Positions 20,492-31,001 are shown, counted from the whole stretch's first letter. The stretch is DNA of 57,521 bases, filler included, from Candidatus Hydrogenedentota bacterium (GCA_040752395.1; 3 parts of 3 records of this genome joined end to end with filler, not necessarily neighbours in it); one strand, 5' to 3'. The notes: generated by a model from the sequence alone, not told the origin. Program-made: numbers and translations.

Positions 20492-21592
20492 TTGTTAGAT
20501 GATTTCTCAAAAGATAGTATTCATAATGGGAGTTTGGATATTATGGATTTAAGTATAGATATTTTATCTGAAAACAGATGGAAACTTTATAATGAATTTA
20601 TTTTAACGAAAACTCATATCTATTCCCCACATCAATCCGAAAAATGGCTAAAAATGCTGAAGAATGTTTTAAACGATGAACTAAAAGTTATCACCGCTTA
20701 TAACGGGAATGAGATTGTTGCTGTATTCCCGCTAATGATAAGAAAAAGAGAGCGTGGCAGTGTGATCAATTCACTTCCTTTAAGTGGTAGTCCCGGTGGA
20801 ATAATATTAAAAATGGGTATCTCGGATGATATGAAACTAAAAATAATAAATAGGGTGAAAGACTATTTTGATAATTACATATTAAAAGATAATATTTTAA
20901 GTTATACTATTATTCAGACCCCGATGAGTGAAATAACAAGAGATGATTATATAAAGTTAATTGACCCTGATTATGTCTATGACCGTATAACGCAGTACAC
21001 TGATCTTGAAACAGATGAACTGAATTACAGACCAGAAGTAAGGAACCGAATAAGAAGAGCAATTAGAAAGAATGTTATTATTGATGATAGTATTGCTGAT
21101 TCAAAACTTGAGGAATTCTGGTTGGTGTATAAAGATAATATGGAAAGAAAAAATCTTGCCGTCAAATCAATCTCTCAATTTAAAAATTATATTGAATTAT
21201 TTGGTGATTCGGTGAAATATAAACTTGCTTTGTTTGATAACAAAGTTATCGGTGGCATAGTATATTTTATTTTCGGCAAACATGTTTTCCTGATAGAGGT
21301 TGTCTATAAAAAAGAATATGGTAGCCTTCAACCTTGCACTCTGGCTATTGATTCAGCTTTAAAAGAATGCAAACAGAACGGATTTAAATACTGGAATTTT
21401 GGAGCCTCGGATAAAAAAGACAATGGAGTGTATATATTTAAAAGTAAGTTCGGACCCTTCGAGGTATATTATTCATATTTTACAAAAATACTACAAAAAG
21501 AAAAATTAAAAATATTGGGTCTGGATTATATAAAGAGTGAGTTTGCGTGGTATTATACAGCGCCATATGATTTTTTTAAGCAGATTTCATGA
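20492..21592 (+). CDS. GNAT/FemAB-like acyltransferase
   Basis: INSLPLSGSPGG, RNRIRRA, YWNFG, GVYIFKSKFG; start may be ATG 20543. Confidence 0.82.
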   Translation: MLDDFSKDSIHNGSLDIMDLSIDILSENRWKLYNEFILTKTHIYSPHQSEKWLKMLKNVLNDELKVITAYNGNEIVAVFPLMIRKRERGSVINSLPLSGSPGGIILKMGISDDMKLKIINRVKDYFDNYILKDNILSYTIIQTPMSEITRDDYIKLIDPDYVYDRITQYTDLETDELNYRPEVRNRIRRAIRKNVIIDDSIADSKLEEFWLVYKDNMERKNLAVKSISQFKNYIELFGDSVKYKLALFDNKVIGGIVYFIFGKHVFLIEVVYKKEYGSLQPCTLAIDSALKECKQNGFKYWNFGASDKKDNGVYIFKSKFGPFEVYYSYFTKILQKEKLKILGLDYIKSEFAWYYTAPYDFFKQIS

Positions 21593-21730
21593 GCGCGGTT
21601 TGCGTTCTACATCCCGTTAGAGAAAGATATTCTGTTAACACTCCGGGATTAAATTTTGTTCTGTAACGTGGTAAATAAAGCATGAGAAACCGGATTGAGA
21701 CGTTCTCTTGCGTCTTGCATCTGGCTTCGT
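21589..21730. repeat. intergenic repeat-family patch
   Basis: ATGAGCGCGGTTTGCGTTCTACA resembles ATGAGCGCGTTTGTGCTCTACA at 44793; ATCCCG..CGGGAT inverted pair; TCTTGCG/TCTTGCA heptamers. Confidence 0.55.
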
Positions 21731-21768
21731 GTTTCTATTGAGATTATTTTAGTTACATAGTTTTTCGA

Positions 21769-22752
21769 ATGAGCAGGATTATGTCAGGCAGGATGATTAA
21801 AAATGAAAATATTTTTATTTCTGGTGGCTGCGGATTTATCGGCTGCAAATTTGCCGAAATGCTCGCTGATAATAATAAGATTATCCTGTATGATATCAAT
21901 ACTAAAAAAAATAGCTATAATTATTCATCAATATCCAAACATAAAAATGTTACGGTAATTGAGGGTGACATTACAGAACCAGAGATGGTCAGGAATGCAA
22001 TAAAAGATGCTACGATTATAGTTCATACTGCGGCAATCGTTGGTGTTAAAAAAGTAATCGAGCAGCCGCGTCTTACATTGGAAGTCAATTTTATTGGTAC
22101 TCAAAATATTTTAAAATCTATACAAAATTATAAAAAGATAAAAAGATTTGTTTATTTCTCAACAAGTGAGATTTTTGGTGGTTATGTTTTCAGAGCCGAA
22201 GAAGAAGATAATACGATTATAGGTACCTGTAACGATGCACGCTGGAGCTATGCAATATCAAAAATAGCCGGAGAACATTTAGTACAGGCGTATAACCGTG
22301 AGTTTGGTTTAAAAACTGTTATTATTCGGCCGTTTAATATTTTTGGACCAGGAAGATTTGGCGAACATGCTTTAAAAATATTTATTGAACAAGCATTAAG
22401 AGGAGATGATATAACTATTTTACAAGATGGTTCCCAGGTACGTTCTTGGTGCTACATCGATGATTTTACACAGGGTGTTTATAATTCTATAATTTATGAA
22501 GATGCAATCGGAAAATCATTTAATCTTGGTAATCCTATAAATACTATTACTATTTATGAGCTTGCTAAAATGATAAAGAGACTCCTTGGATCAAAAAGCA
22601 AGATAATTTTTATTGATGCAACATACAGCGATATCGATCTTCGTATACCTTCAATTACTTATGCAAAAAAAGTAATCAGATTTAATCCCTGCGTGGAATT
22701 GGAAGAAGGTATACTTAAGACCTCACAATGGTATAAACAATTTGTTAAATGA
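21769..22752 (+). CDS. NAD-dependent nucleotide-sugar epimerase/dehydratase (extended SDR)
   Basis: GGCGFIG, HTAA, STSE, YAISK, RPFNIFGP. Confidence 0.93.
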   Translation: MSRIMSGRMIKNENIFISGGCGFIGCKFAEMLADNNKIILYDINTKKNSYNYSSISKHKNVTVIEGDITEPEMVRNAIKDATIIVHTAAIVGVKKVIEQPRLTLEVNFIGTQNILKSIQNYKKIKRFVYFSTSEIFGGYVFRAEEEDNTIIGTCNDARWSYAISKIAGEHLVQAYNREFGLKTVIIRPFNIFGPGRFGEHALKIFIEQALRGDDITILQDGSQVRSWCYIDDFTQGVYNSIIYEDAIGKSFNLGNPINTITIYELAKMIKRLLGSKSKIIFIDATYSDIDLRIPSITYAKKVIRFNPCVELEEGILKTSQWYKQFVK

Positions 22753-22761
22753 TGAAAGATT

Positions 22762-23721
22762 ATGAGATACAATTATATATCAATAAAAGATAGCAGGTTC
22801 CCTAAAATGGTGGTCGTTGAAGTATGCAATATCTGTAATTTTCGGTGTTTACACTGCGGTTACAGGAAGATTATTAATGATAGAAGATATAAACCATGTT
22901 TCCTTGATTTTAAAATATATAAAAAAGTAGTTAATGAGGTTCTAAAATATAAGAATTCATTTTTAAGGTTTACAAGTGATGGCGAACCACTGATGCATCC
23001 TGAGTTTATTAATATGGTAAGATACGCAAAAAATAGTGGTTGCTATCCTCTAACAGTAAATACTAATGGTATGCTGCTTACCGGTGAAAAAAGTAAAGAG
23101 TTGTTAGATGCAGGAATAGACATAGTAGAAGTGAGTTTGAATGCATTTAGAAAGGAGACTTATAATAAATTAAGAATCGGTGGAGATTATGATACGGTGA
23201 TAGAAAATATAAATAAACTGATAAGATACAGGAATAAAAATAAATACAAAACAAAAATTATGGTGAGTATGATTGATTCACTTGATATACCAGGGTATAA
23301 TGAAGAAATTCTGGAGTTTAAAAGATATTGGGCTAAAAGAGTTGACAAAATAATTATGCGAAAATTTTTCGATCAACAAGGGCTTGTAGACATAAATAGA
23401 TCGAGGAAACATAAAATAATGAAAGATAGATACCCCTGTCCTCAATTATGGAAAAGAATCACAGTCTCATCAAATGGATGGTTAAAATACTGTGTCAATG
23501 ACTGGTTTAATTTAACGGCTATTGCTGATTTGAGGAATAAGGAGGTCTTTATCTACCGCGTATGGAATTCCGAAGAATATAAAGAAATGAGGAAGAACCA
23601 GATTGCTGGTAAATATGACCGGATGAATATGTGTGGTAGCTGCACTGACTGGAAGGCTATGGACTGGGAGTACGATTATAATTATGCTGTGGAAAGACTG
23701 ATAAATGAAAAAAAGAATTAA
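22762..23721 (+). CDS. radical SAM/SPASM domain protein
   Basis: CNFRCLHC, DGEPLMHP, NTNG, RYPCPQLW..CVND..CGSC. Confidence 0.92.
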   Translation: MRYNYISIKDSRFPKMVVVEVCNICNFRCLHCGYRKIINDRRYKPCFLDFKIYKKVVNEVLKYKNSFLRFTSDGEPLMHPEFINMVRYAKNSGCYPLTVNTNGMLLTGEKSKELLDAGIDIVEVSLNAFRKETYNKLRIGGDYDTVIENINKLIRYRNKNKYKTKIMVSMIDSLDIPGYNEEILEFKRYWAKRVDKIIMRKFFDQQGLVDINRSRKHKIMKDRYPCPQLWKRITVSSNGWLKYCVNDWFNLTAIADLRNKEVFIYRVWNSEEYKEMRKNQIAGKYDRMNMCGSCTDWKAMDWEYDYNYAVERLINEKKN

Positions 23722-24691
23722 TGTATTAATATTATGTCTTTACGATGCAGCGGGAATCCCATCAAAATTAAACTTCTTTTTGAATTATTATCCACAATAT
23801 TTTAAATCTGATATTTTATATTATTCAAGTCACGGATATCAATACAATCTTTATAACTCCATTGATGATATTAATATTGATATCATAAAAAAGAAGATTG
23901 AATGGGCTGACGCTTTTCTTTTTGAATTAGTAGGACTGGACCATCCTGCTTACAGACTTTATGATTTGGATTTTAAAAGAGAATTACACGGTAAAAAAGT
24001 TTTCTTTTATTCTTTATGCTCACCATATATCTGGGATATTGATGCCACGCTTGATTTTATAGTAAAGCACAATGTTTATGTTATACCGGCGTTTTACGAG
24101 GAAACTCGGCATTATAATAACGCTGTAAAACAGGTTTATCTTCCGTATCCTATATTGAACAAAGAGTTACTGTACTACAAAAATAGAGATGGTAAAGAGA
24201 GCAGGTCTATCAAACTATTTCATTCACCCACCAATGAGATGTTAAAAAATTCGCATATATTTCTTAAAACAGCGATTGAGTTAAGAAAGAGACACCCAAA
24301 TATCGAATTAATCTATAACCGCGGGTTAACATACCGGGAAAATATGAGAAGCCTTAGTTCAGCTGATATCGTTTATGATGAGATGTGGGTGATGAGTTTA
24401 TGGGGACAAAGCGGTATTGAAGCAACAGCTCTCGGGAAACCGGTACTTGTATATCTTTCCGAAGAAAGTCAGATTTACTGGCAGAAAGTATGCGGTACAA
24501 ATGTACTGCCGTTTGTACTCTGTGAACCACAGAACCTGAAAAGAAAATTAATTGAACTGATAGAATCAGAAGAATTAAGAAAATATTACGGTGAGAGATC
24601 GAAACATTGGTTCTGGGAACACTGGTCTGGAGAGAAGACAGCCAGGCGGTACTATAATGCAATTTGCGAGATGGAGCCATTTAAAAAATGA
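23705..24691 (+). CDS. GT-B fold glycosyltransferase (GT4-like)
   Basis: FHSPTN..K, ADIVYD, GIEATALGKPVL. Confidence 0.8.
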   Translation: MKKRINVLILCLYDAAGIPSKLNFFLNYYPQYFKSDILYYSSHGYQYNLYNSIDDINIDIIKKKIEWADAFLFELVGLDHPAYRLYDLDFKRELHGKKVFFYSLCSPYIWDIDATLDFIVKHNVYVIPAFYEETRHYNNAVKQVYLPYPILNKELLYYKNRDGKESRSIKLFHSPTNEMLKNSHIFLKTAIELRKRHPNIELIYNRGLTYRENMRSLSSADIVYDEMWVMSLWGQSGIEATALGKPVLVYLSEESQIYWQKVCGTNVLPFVLCEPQNLKRKLIELIESEELRKYYGERSKHWFWEHWSGEKTARRYYNAICEMEPFKK

Positions 24692-25824
24692 TACTGTTAA
24701 GCGTGATTATTCAAGACGATAAAAATTGTCCGACTAAAGTAAAAAAGATTCGCAGTTATTACCACTCTTTCGCAAAGAACGAGATTGAGTTTATAATCGC
24801 ACGTAATCAGATAACAAGAACTAAAATAAAAGGAATATATTATCAAAAAGTTAACATCGATGACGTGATACTAAAAGAGGGTTCGAATATTATTCGCAAT
24901 ATGCTGATTAAAAATAAATACGATATTGTATATTGTGATTTTTATTTGTGTGAGGGGGACAGAGTTATAACCTCCTCGCAACAATTAAAATTAAATGGGG
25001 CACCAGGTTCGGTCGTATTTACTAGAAAAGACAGTATGTTTAAGAATAATATACTTTATATAAAACAGCCGTTAATGAAAATCAGTATTTCTAACTGTAG
25101 AGAATATATCTCCTTATATCTTGAAAGATTATATAATAAAATTAATAAAAAAATAAAGAACGCAAAGAAATATCTGTATCTGAAAAAGTATACAAGGGCG
25201 TTATCTCTATATTGTCAGGCAACTAGAGTATTTAATTATACATTGTGGTGGTTCTATCATTTAAAGCAGGCAAGAAAATTACTCGAATTATATTACGAGA
25301 GAGCAAAAATAGAATTTATCTTAAAAAATTATGAGTATGCTGCATACCTTGTATTACCTTTGATCCATATCACAGGATTTTGTAATAAAAAATATTTCGG
25401 TTTCCTTAAGCGTTGTTATAAAAAGATGGGATGGGACAATATAGTAGAAGAATGCGACTATCAATACCTAAAAATTAAATTTCTTAAGAACAATATAAAG
25501 TATCTTAAAGAGATGGATAGAATTATGCGTTATTTTGTTTATGATAGTGATCTTCTTTTCAGGATGGGGGTTGCTTATGCACTGACAGGTAATTATAAAC
25601 GTGCTCTGGATTATTTTGATAAATTACCGGATACTATGGTTGAAAAATTTAATAATATCTCAGTGTGCAAATATAGATTAAAATATCGTAAAAAAGATAT
25701 TTATCGAGACTTAAAACATGCATTAACTATTAAAAATGATTATAGAGATGCGTTACACAATTGGGAGTGTTTAAATAAGGATACAGAGGTTACCAGGATC
25801 ACCGTTAATAAAATTACGACTTGA
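24688..25824 (+). CDS. TPR-containing protein with degenerate GT2-like N-terminus
   Basis: LLFRMGVAYALTGNYKRALDYF TPR; N-terminal LSVII..YDIVYCD. Confidence 0.6.
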   Translation: MILLSVIIQDDKNCPTKVKKIRSYYHSFAKNEIEFIIARNQITRTKIKGIYYQKVNIDDVILKEGSNIIRNMLIKNKYDIVYCDFYLCEGDRVITSSQQLKLNGAPGSVVFTRKDSMFKNNILYIKQPLMKISISNCREYISLYLERLYNKINKKIKNAKKYLYLKKYTRALSLYCQATRVFNYTLWWFYHLKQARKLLELYYERAKIEFILKNYEYAAYLVLPLIHITGFCNKKYFGFLKRCYKKMGWDNIVEECDYQYLKIKFLKNNIKYLKEMDRIMRYFVYDSDLLFRMGVAYALTGNYKRALDYFDKLPDTMVEKFNNISVCKYRLKYRKKDIYRDLKHALTIKNDYRDALHNWECLNKDTEVTRITVNKITT

Positions 25825-25830
25825 TTTATT

Positions 25831-27558
25831 ATGAAAATACTGCTTGTTAATCCGTTAAACTATGGTTTCAGCTCGAGTCCGCCACTTGGTATTGGCTACA
25901 TAGCATCGAATCTGTTGAAAAATGCTCAGGATGTAGAGGTGTTTGATGCGGTACCGTTTTTGGGGAAAAGATGTAGTGAGACACAGATTTATTATTCACT
26001 TGTTGAAAAAATTGAGAGGTTTCGGCCTGATGTAATCGGGTTATCCATAATGAGCTGCCAGCTGAAAAGTGCCCGGCAGATCGTATCACTGATTCGCCAG
26101 AAGTTTGGAAATAATGTGGTTATTGTAGCCGGCGGCGTACACCCAACAGTCGAACCACTTCATACGTTCAATTATTTAAAAGAGATTGACTTTATCCTTG
26201 AAGACGAGGCTGAGACTTCTTTTCTGGAAATGGTAAGAAACATTGATTTTAAGAATGTGAAGGGTCTTTATTATAGAGATGGTGACGGTATAAAGTTTAC
26301 TGGTAAAAAAGAGAAATTGATTAATATTGATTCTCTCCCCAATCCTGCAAGAGAACTGTTTGATATGGAATTTTACTGTCAGGAAAGAAACGCCACAGTT
26401 CAGCACGTTGAATCAAAAGCAACAACCATACTTACTTCACGCGGTTGTCCCGGAAGATGTGAATTCTGTGCATCAAATAGAATCGGTTTGCCTGTAAGAT
26501 GGCATTCTCCAGAATATGTTTTAAATGAAGTGGAATCAGTGCTTTCAAGGTATGATGTAGAATGTATAAGTTTTGTTGATACTATGTTTACGTCAAATAA
26601 AGACAGACTTTACAGTATTTGCGATTTAATGATTGAAAACCGGCTCCATAAAAAGATTAGATGGACATGTTCATTACGCACAGATTACGTTGATGAGGAT
26701 AGTTTGAAAAAGATGAAGGATGCAGGCTGCTTTCATCTAACATTTGGCATAGAATCCGGGTCACAGAAAATCCTGGATAAAATGAATAAACAACTATCTC
26801 TGGAAACAAACCGTGGTATTATGATGAAAGCAAAAGAGATGGGGTTTTTGGTCAACGCAAGTTGCATATACGATTTTCCGGGTGAGACATATAACGATAT
26901 AAAATTAACCTTTGATTTAATCAGTGAGACAAAACCATACTATGCAGGCTTAAATAAATTCACGCCTCTTTTTGGAAGCCCAGTGTATTATAAGATAATA
27001 AACAGAAATGATATAGATAATCTTATCGATGAATGCGGCTATATAAGTAGTAAATACTATAATGAGTTTTCAAAAAAAGATATTGATAATATAATTAATG
27101 AGATAAGAAAAATTATTTTCTCCAATACAATAAATTATTATTTCTACCAGATTTATAATTACAGCGTCCCCTCGACCATACTTGACGATATTGAGCTGTT
27201 CAAGCTGTTTATAAATGAATATTATGATAAATCACTGTATGCAGAATTTATTGACAAATTATTTACATTAAAGACAAAAGAGACTTATATCTCAGATTTT
27301 TATATTGGTAACAGCTATTATTTAATAAATGATTATATAAGAGCAAGGATATATTACGAAAATGCTTTGAAAAAGAGAGAACGTCCTGAAATAAAAAACA
27401 ATTATGCTTGTGTTTTGTACAAACTGGGAGAATGTGATCGAAGCCAGAAAATCTGGAATGAATTATTTTTGCAAAAAGATGATTATAATGACGTAAGATA
27501 TAATCTTCAGAACAACCCCAATATAAAGATTACGAAAAAATTATTTCCGGTTTATTGA
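25831..27558 (+). CDS. B12-binding radical SAM protein with C-terminal TPRs
   Basis: PPLGIGYIA, GGVHPT, SRGCPGRCEFC, GIESGS; FYIGNSYYLINDYIRARIYYENAL TPR. Confidence 0.92.
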   Translation: MKILLVNPLNYGFSSSPPLGIGYIASNLLKNAQDVEVFDAVPFLGKRCSETQIYYSLVEKIERFRPDVIGLSIMSCQLKSARQIVSLIRQKFGNNVVIVAGGVHPTVEPLHTFNYLKEIDFILEDEAETSFLEMVRNIDFKNVKGLYYRDGDGIKFTGKKEKLINIDSLPNPARELFDMEFYCQERNATVQHVESKATTILTSRGCPGRCEFCASNRIGLPVRWHSPEYVLNEVESVLSRYDVECISFVDTMFTSNKDRLYSICDLMIENRLHKKIRWTCSLRTDYVDEDSLKKMKDAGCFHLTFGIESGSQKILDKMNKQLSLETNRGIMMKAKEMGFLVNASCIYDFPGETYNDIKLTFDLISETKPYYAGLNKFTPLFGSPVYYKIINRNDIDNLIDECGYISSKYYNEFSKKDIDNIINEIRKIIFSNTINYYFYQIYNYSVPSTILDDIELFKLFINEYYDKSLYAEFIDKLFTLKTKETYISDFYIGNSYYLINDYIRARIYYENALKKRERPEIKNNYACVLYKLGECDRSQKIWNELFLQKDDYNDVRYNLQNNPNIKITKKLFPVY

Positions 27559-27570
27559 AAGGGGGAGTTT

Positions 27571-28428
27571 ATGGACGAATTTTTTGCCCAAATGAAGGAT
27601 TATTGGGAAAATAATTTGCCTGGTCCACAGGTCACCACTGCTCCCGAAGGAACCAGAGAGTTTTTTGACCAGATCGCGGAACACAGATATTCGGTTTACA
27701 AAGATTTGTTTGATGAAGTAGATTTTAACTCTTTTAAAGGGAAAAAACTTCTTGAGATAGGATGCGGTACTGGGACAGATGCTGTCTCCTTTGCTAAAGC
27801 CGGTGCGAGAGTTACTGCTATTGATCTGACTGAAAGAGCCATAAGATTGACAAAGAAAAGGTTTGAGGTTTATGGTTTAAAATACGACGAAATAAAAATA
27901 GTTAATGCACTACATCTCGATTTCCCGGACAATATTTTCGATGCTGTATATTCACACGGTGTGCTGCTTTGTCTTCCCAATATTCAGGATGCTATAAAAG
28001 AAATATATCGTGTTTTGAAACCAGGCGGGATAACAAAAGTTATGGTGTATAACAAGGATTCTATGTTTTATCATTATTGGATAATTTATCAAAAATGTAT
28101 AAGACTGAAAATGGATGAAAAGTATGACTTAAACTGGATTATTGCCGAGAGTACGGAATCTACCCATCCTGAAGGTAAACACTGTCCCTATATCGGGGTT
28201 TATACCGCAAAACAATGTTATGAACTGTTCAGGAATTTTAAAAATGTTAAAGTACAAAATTTTGTACCTTTGTACACTACAACTTTACCCGAATACAAGA
28301 TTAAAGAAACGGATTTCAGTAAATATCCTGATACCTATGACTTTTTTATAAAATGTCTTAAATGGGAAGCAGAAGGTACTTTAACCAAAAACATAGGTTG
28401 GTTTAACCTGATTACTGCTTATAGATGA
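27571..28428 (+). CDS. class I SAM-dependent methyltransferase
   Basis: LLEIGCGTG, AIDLT, FPDNIFD, RVLKPGG; GGGGAG RBS. Confidence 0.92.
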   Translation: MDEFFAQMKDYWENNLPGPQVTTAPEGTREFFDQIAEHRYSVYKDLFDEVDFNSFKGKKLLEIGCGTGTDAVSFAKAGARVTAIDLTERAIRLTKKRFEVYGLKYDEIKIVNALHLDFPDNIFDAVYSHGVLLCLPNIQDAIKEIYRVLKPGGITKVMVYNKDSMFYHYWIIYQKCIRLKMDEKYDLNWIIAESTESTHPEGKHCPYIGVYTAKQCYELFRNFKNVKVQNFVPLYTTTLPEYKIKETDFSKYPDTYDFFIKCLKWEAEGTLTKNIGWFNLITAYR

Positions 28429-28596
28429 CTTTTTTCTTTATATTATTGTAATTATACTATTATTCCAAGGCTGTTTTACCAACTTTTTTACGAATGAACC
28501 ATCTTTTAATCTTCTCCATTGATTATAATACCATTATTCTAATATAATTAACAATACAACCGATTTTATATAAAGTCAAGGTATCTAATTTAAGTT

Positions 28597-30789
28597 TCAC
28601 TTTATAAAAAATATTCTCGCCTGATAAGGTTTAAGTTTTAATTTTATTCTTGTATCCGTAATAGTAAAATTATTATCGTCTGATATAAGACTTCTCAATA
28701 AATTTATCTTATAACCGAGATCAATAGTTACGATTTTATCAAGAACACCAAGATTCAATACAACAACAATCTTCTGGTTACGATATTCTCGTGCATAGGA
28801 ATAAACCCTTGTCCCTTCAACTATCTTAAGTTTCCTGATACTTCCTCGTCTTAAAGCGATATAATCTTTTCTTAGATTAATTAATCTCTTATAATATTCA
28901 TACAAATCACAATTCCCAAAATCCCAATCCATAAACTGTCTATTTGTATCACCTCTCATCTTACCAGTCATCCCGAATTCTTCACCGTAATATATTAAAG
29001 GTACTCCGGGAACTGTCATCAATACTGAGAAACAAAGTTTATTAAGTCTTATATCACCATTAACTACGGTCTGGAATCTATCAAGATCATGATACGATAG
29101 AAATCTCATAGGTATTTTCTTTTCTTTATCTTTCTCAATTAAAAGTAGATCAAGCAAGTTTACATCCTCTCCTTTTACCACATCAAGAACCTTTAACACG
29201 CTATCATCATAATACATATCAAAATATGGTTCATTAAATTCAGGGAGTAGTAAAATATTTTTGTTTTGGGTTTTAAGTGCCAGAGCCCACTCATACCAGA
29301 AATCATCTGGCACACTATGAGCCACATCGCATCTATATCCGTCAACCCCGAGGTTCTGCCAGTAGAGTGCTACATCAATCGCATATTGTCTAACCAGAGA
29401 ATTATTAAAATTCCATGCAGGCATATTAGTATTTTTACCACCAAAACCTTCCCAGGTACAATTATCAATCCATTTATACCAGCTTCTGAAGATTGAAATA
29501 TCATCTTTGCAGGCTAAAATAAATAACGGATGGTCAGCTGAAGAATGGTTGAAAACATAATCAAGCATAACTTTTATACCATTCTTATGACATTCTGAAA
29601 TATATCGTTTAAAATCCTCGATACAGCCAAATTTATCATCTATAGTATAATAATCTGTTGTATGGTATCCGTGTTGAGTTGGTGATTTAAAAATCGGCAG
29701 AGTATAGACCCAGTTTATGCCGAGTTCTTTTAAATACCCTATTTTTTCTATAATACCTTGTAAATCACCAACGCCATCTTCATCAGAATCATAAAACCTC
29801 GAAACCATAATCTGATAAATAATTGCGTCTTTATAAGAATAATTATTGTCAATTTTGTCTTTTTTAACAGGTGTATAACGTTTTTCATAAATCCTGTCTG
29901 ATTCTTTATATATCAAATAAAAAAATGCAGGTATTGTTTTATAAAATTTATGTTTTGCATAAATTGATACTGTATTTAACCCGCAAGCAAGGGTTCTAAC
30001 CTCAATATCGATTCTGCCATTCTGTCTATCAAACCCTGCTGGTATTAATTCATTATTCAGATAACTCTCAATAGAGAACTCATCATAATTTATGCTTTTA
30101 GTTTTTTCGTGTTTAATAAGTTTAGCAGAGATACTAATAGCATCTTTATCGACAATTATATAATTCTGTGGGGATTCAATTTCAATGTGGCATTTATCTT
30201 TATCGTATGGATATATGAAACATTTTGTCGGGTCTCTTTTTATATCTATTTTATCACAGCCGACTAAAAATATATCAGAGGCAATGGGTTGTATTGCATA
30301 AGTAGCAGTCCATATTTTAGATGTTTTATCAAGTTTAAGTCTATAACCATCTGAATCCCATCTGGAAAATTCACCTAAAACAGAAATTTTAGAATAATTT
30401 TTATCCTGTATCTGGAAAGTAAATGGTTGTATCTTTACTGAAAAGTTCTTTTTAACATCTTCTTTAGAATTTAATATTAATTTAGAGTTTCCACTCACTG
30501 TAATCCGTGGGTTCTGTGGGTCGCTAATCCTGATATTTTTATCAAGTACAAATTTATACTCATATTTCCCGGGGTTAAGAGCGATTGTACAAACCCACGT
30601 AAAATTATCAATTTTTCTGAATAGGGTTTCAGTATGCGACCACTCATTAAAATTTCCTGCAAGATGAACAGATTTAGAATAAGAATCATAATACAAGAAA
30701 TCTACCTTTATCGGTTCAGCACAAAGTAATCTGGATGTAATTATAAATAATCCAGCGGTATTCACTAATGAGATAATTAATTTTCTCAT
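28597..30789 (-). CDS. secreted GH13 alpha-amylase family protein with N-terminal CBM48-like domains
   Basis: Signal peptide from MRKLII (ATG 30789); LAGNFNEW..GKYEYKF CBM48; VFNH, GYRCDVAH, PE and YHD catalytic regions; YYGEE. Confidence 0.9.
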   Translation of the reverse strand: MRKLIISLVNTAGLFIITSRLLCAEPIKVDFLYYDSYSKSVHLAGNFNEWSHTETLFRKIDNFTWVCTIALNPGKYEYKFVLDKNIRISDPQNPRITVSGNSKLILNSKEDVKKNFSVKIQPFTFQIQDKNYSKISVLGEFSRWDSDGYRLKLDKTSKIWTATYAIQPIASDIFLVGCDKIDIKRDPTKCFIYPYDKDKCHIEIESPQNYIIVDKDAISISAKLIKHEKTKSINYDEFSIESYLNNELIPAGFDRQNGRIDIEVRTLACGLNTVSIYAKHKFYKTIPAFFYLIYKESDRIYEKRYTPVKKDKIDNNYSYKDAIIYQIMVSRFYDSDEDGVGDLQGIIEKIGYLKELGINWVYTLPIFKSPTQHGYHTTDYYTIDDKFGCIEDFKRYISECHKNGIKVMLDYVFNHSSADHPLFILACKDDISIFRSWYKWIDNCTWEGFGGKNTNMPAWNFNNSLVRQYAIDVALYWQNLGVDGYRCDVAHSVPDDFWYEWALALKTQNKNILLLPEFNEPYFDMYYDDSVLKVLDVVKGEDVNLLDLLLIEKDKEKKIPMRFLSYHDLDRFQTVVNGDIRLNKLCFSVLMTVPGVPLIYYGEEFGMTGKMRGDTNRQFMDWDFGNCDLYEYYKRLINLRKDYIALRRGSIRKLKIVEGTRVYSYAREYRNQKIVVVLNLGVLDKIVTIDLGYKINLLRSLISDDNNFTITDTRIKLKLKPYQARIFFIK

Positions 30790-30844
30790 CGTATTAAAAA
30801 TTGGGTTTATAGTAGTAGGGATATCTATGGGATATTGAACGGTG

Positions 30845-30901
30845 CATAATGTCAAATATTTAGTGCAAAAACGCCATAATGTCAAATATTTAGTGCAAAA
30901 A
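30845..30901. repeat. 27-bp perfect direct repeat with 30-bp period, upstream of the amylase
   Basis: CATAATGTCAAATATTTAGTGCAAAAA at 30845-30871 and 30875-30901; each copy contains TTGACA on the minus strand. Confidence 0.9.
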
Positions 30902-31001
30902 GTTTATCTGGGCACTTCTTCCATTTAACATTATAATAGTTAAAAATAGCAAAAAGAATACGTTCACAACTTGCCTTATTCTTAAATGAGGGTATTGCCT
31001 T

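Noticed and set aside
2810-28428. rSAM-SPASM cluster as a RiPP pathway
   Set aside because: No PqqD/RRE, peptidase, transporter or convincing precursor; the context is sugar enzymes
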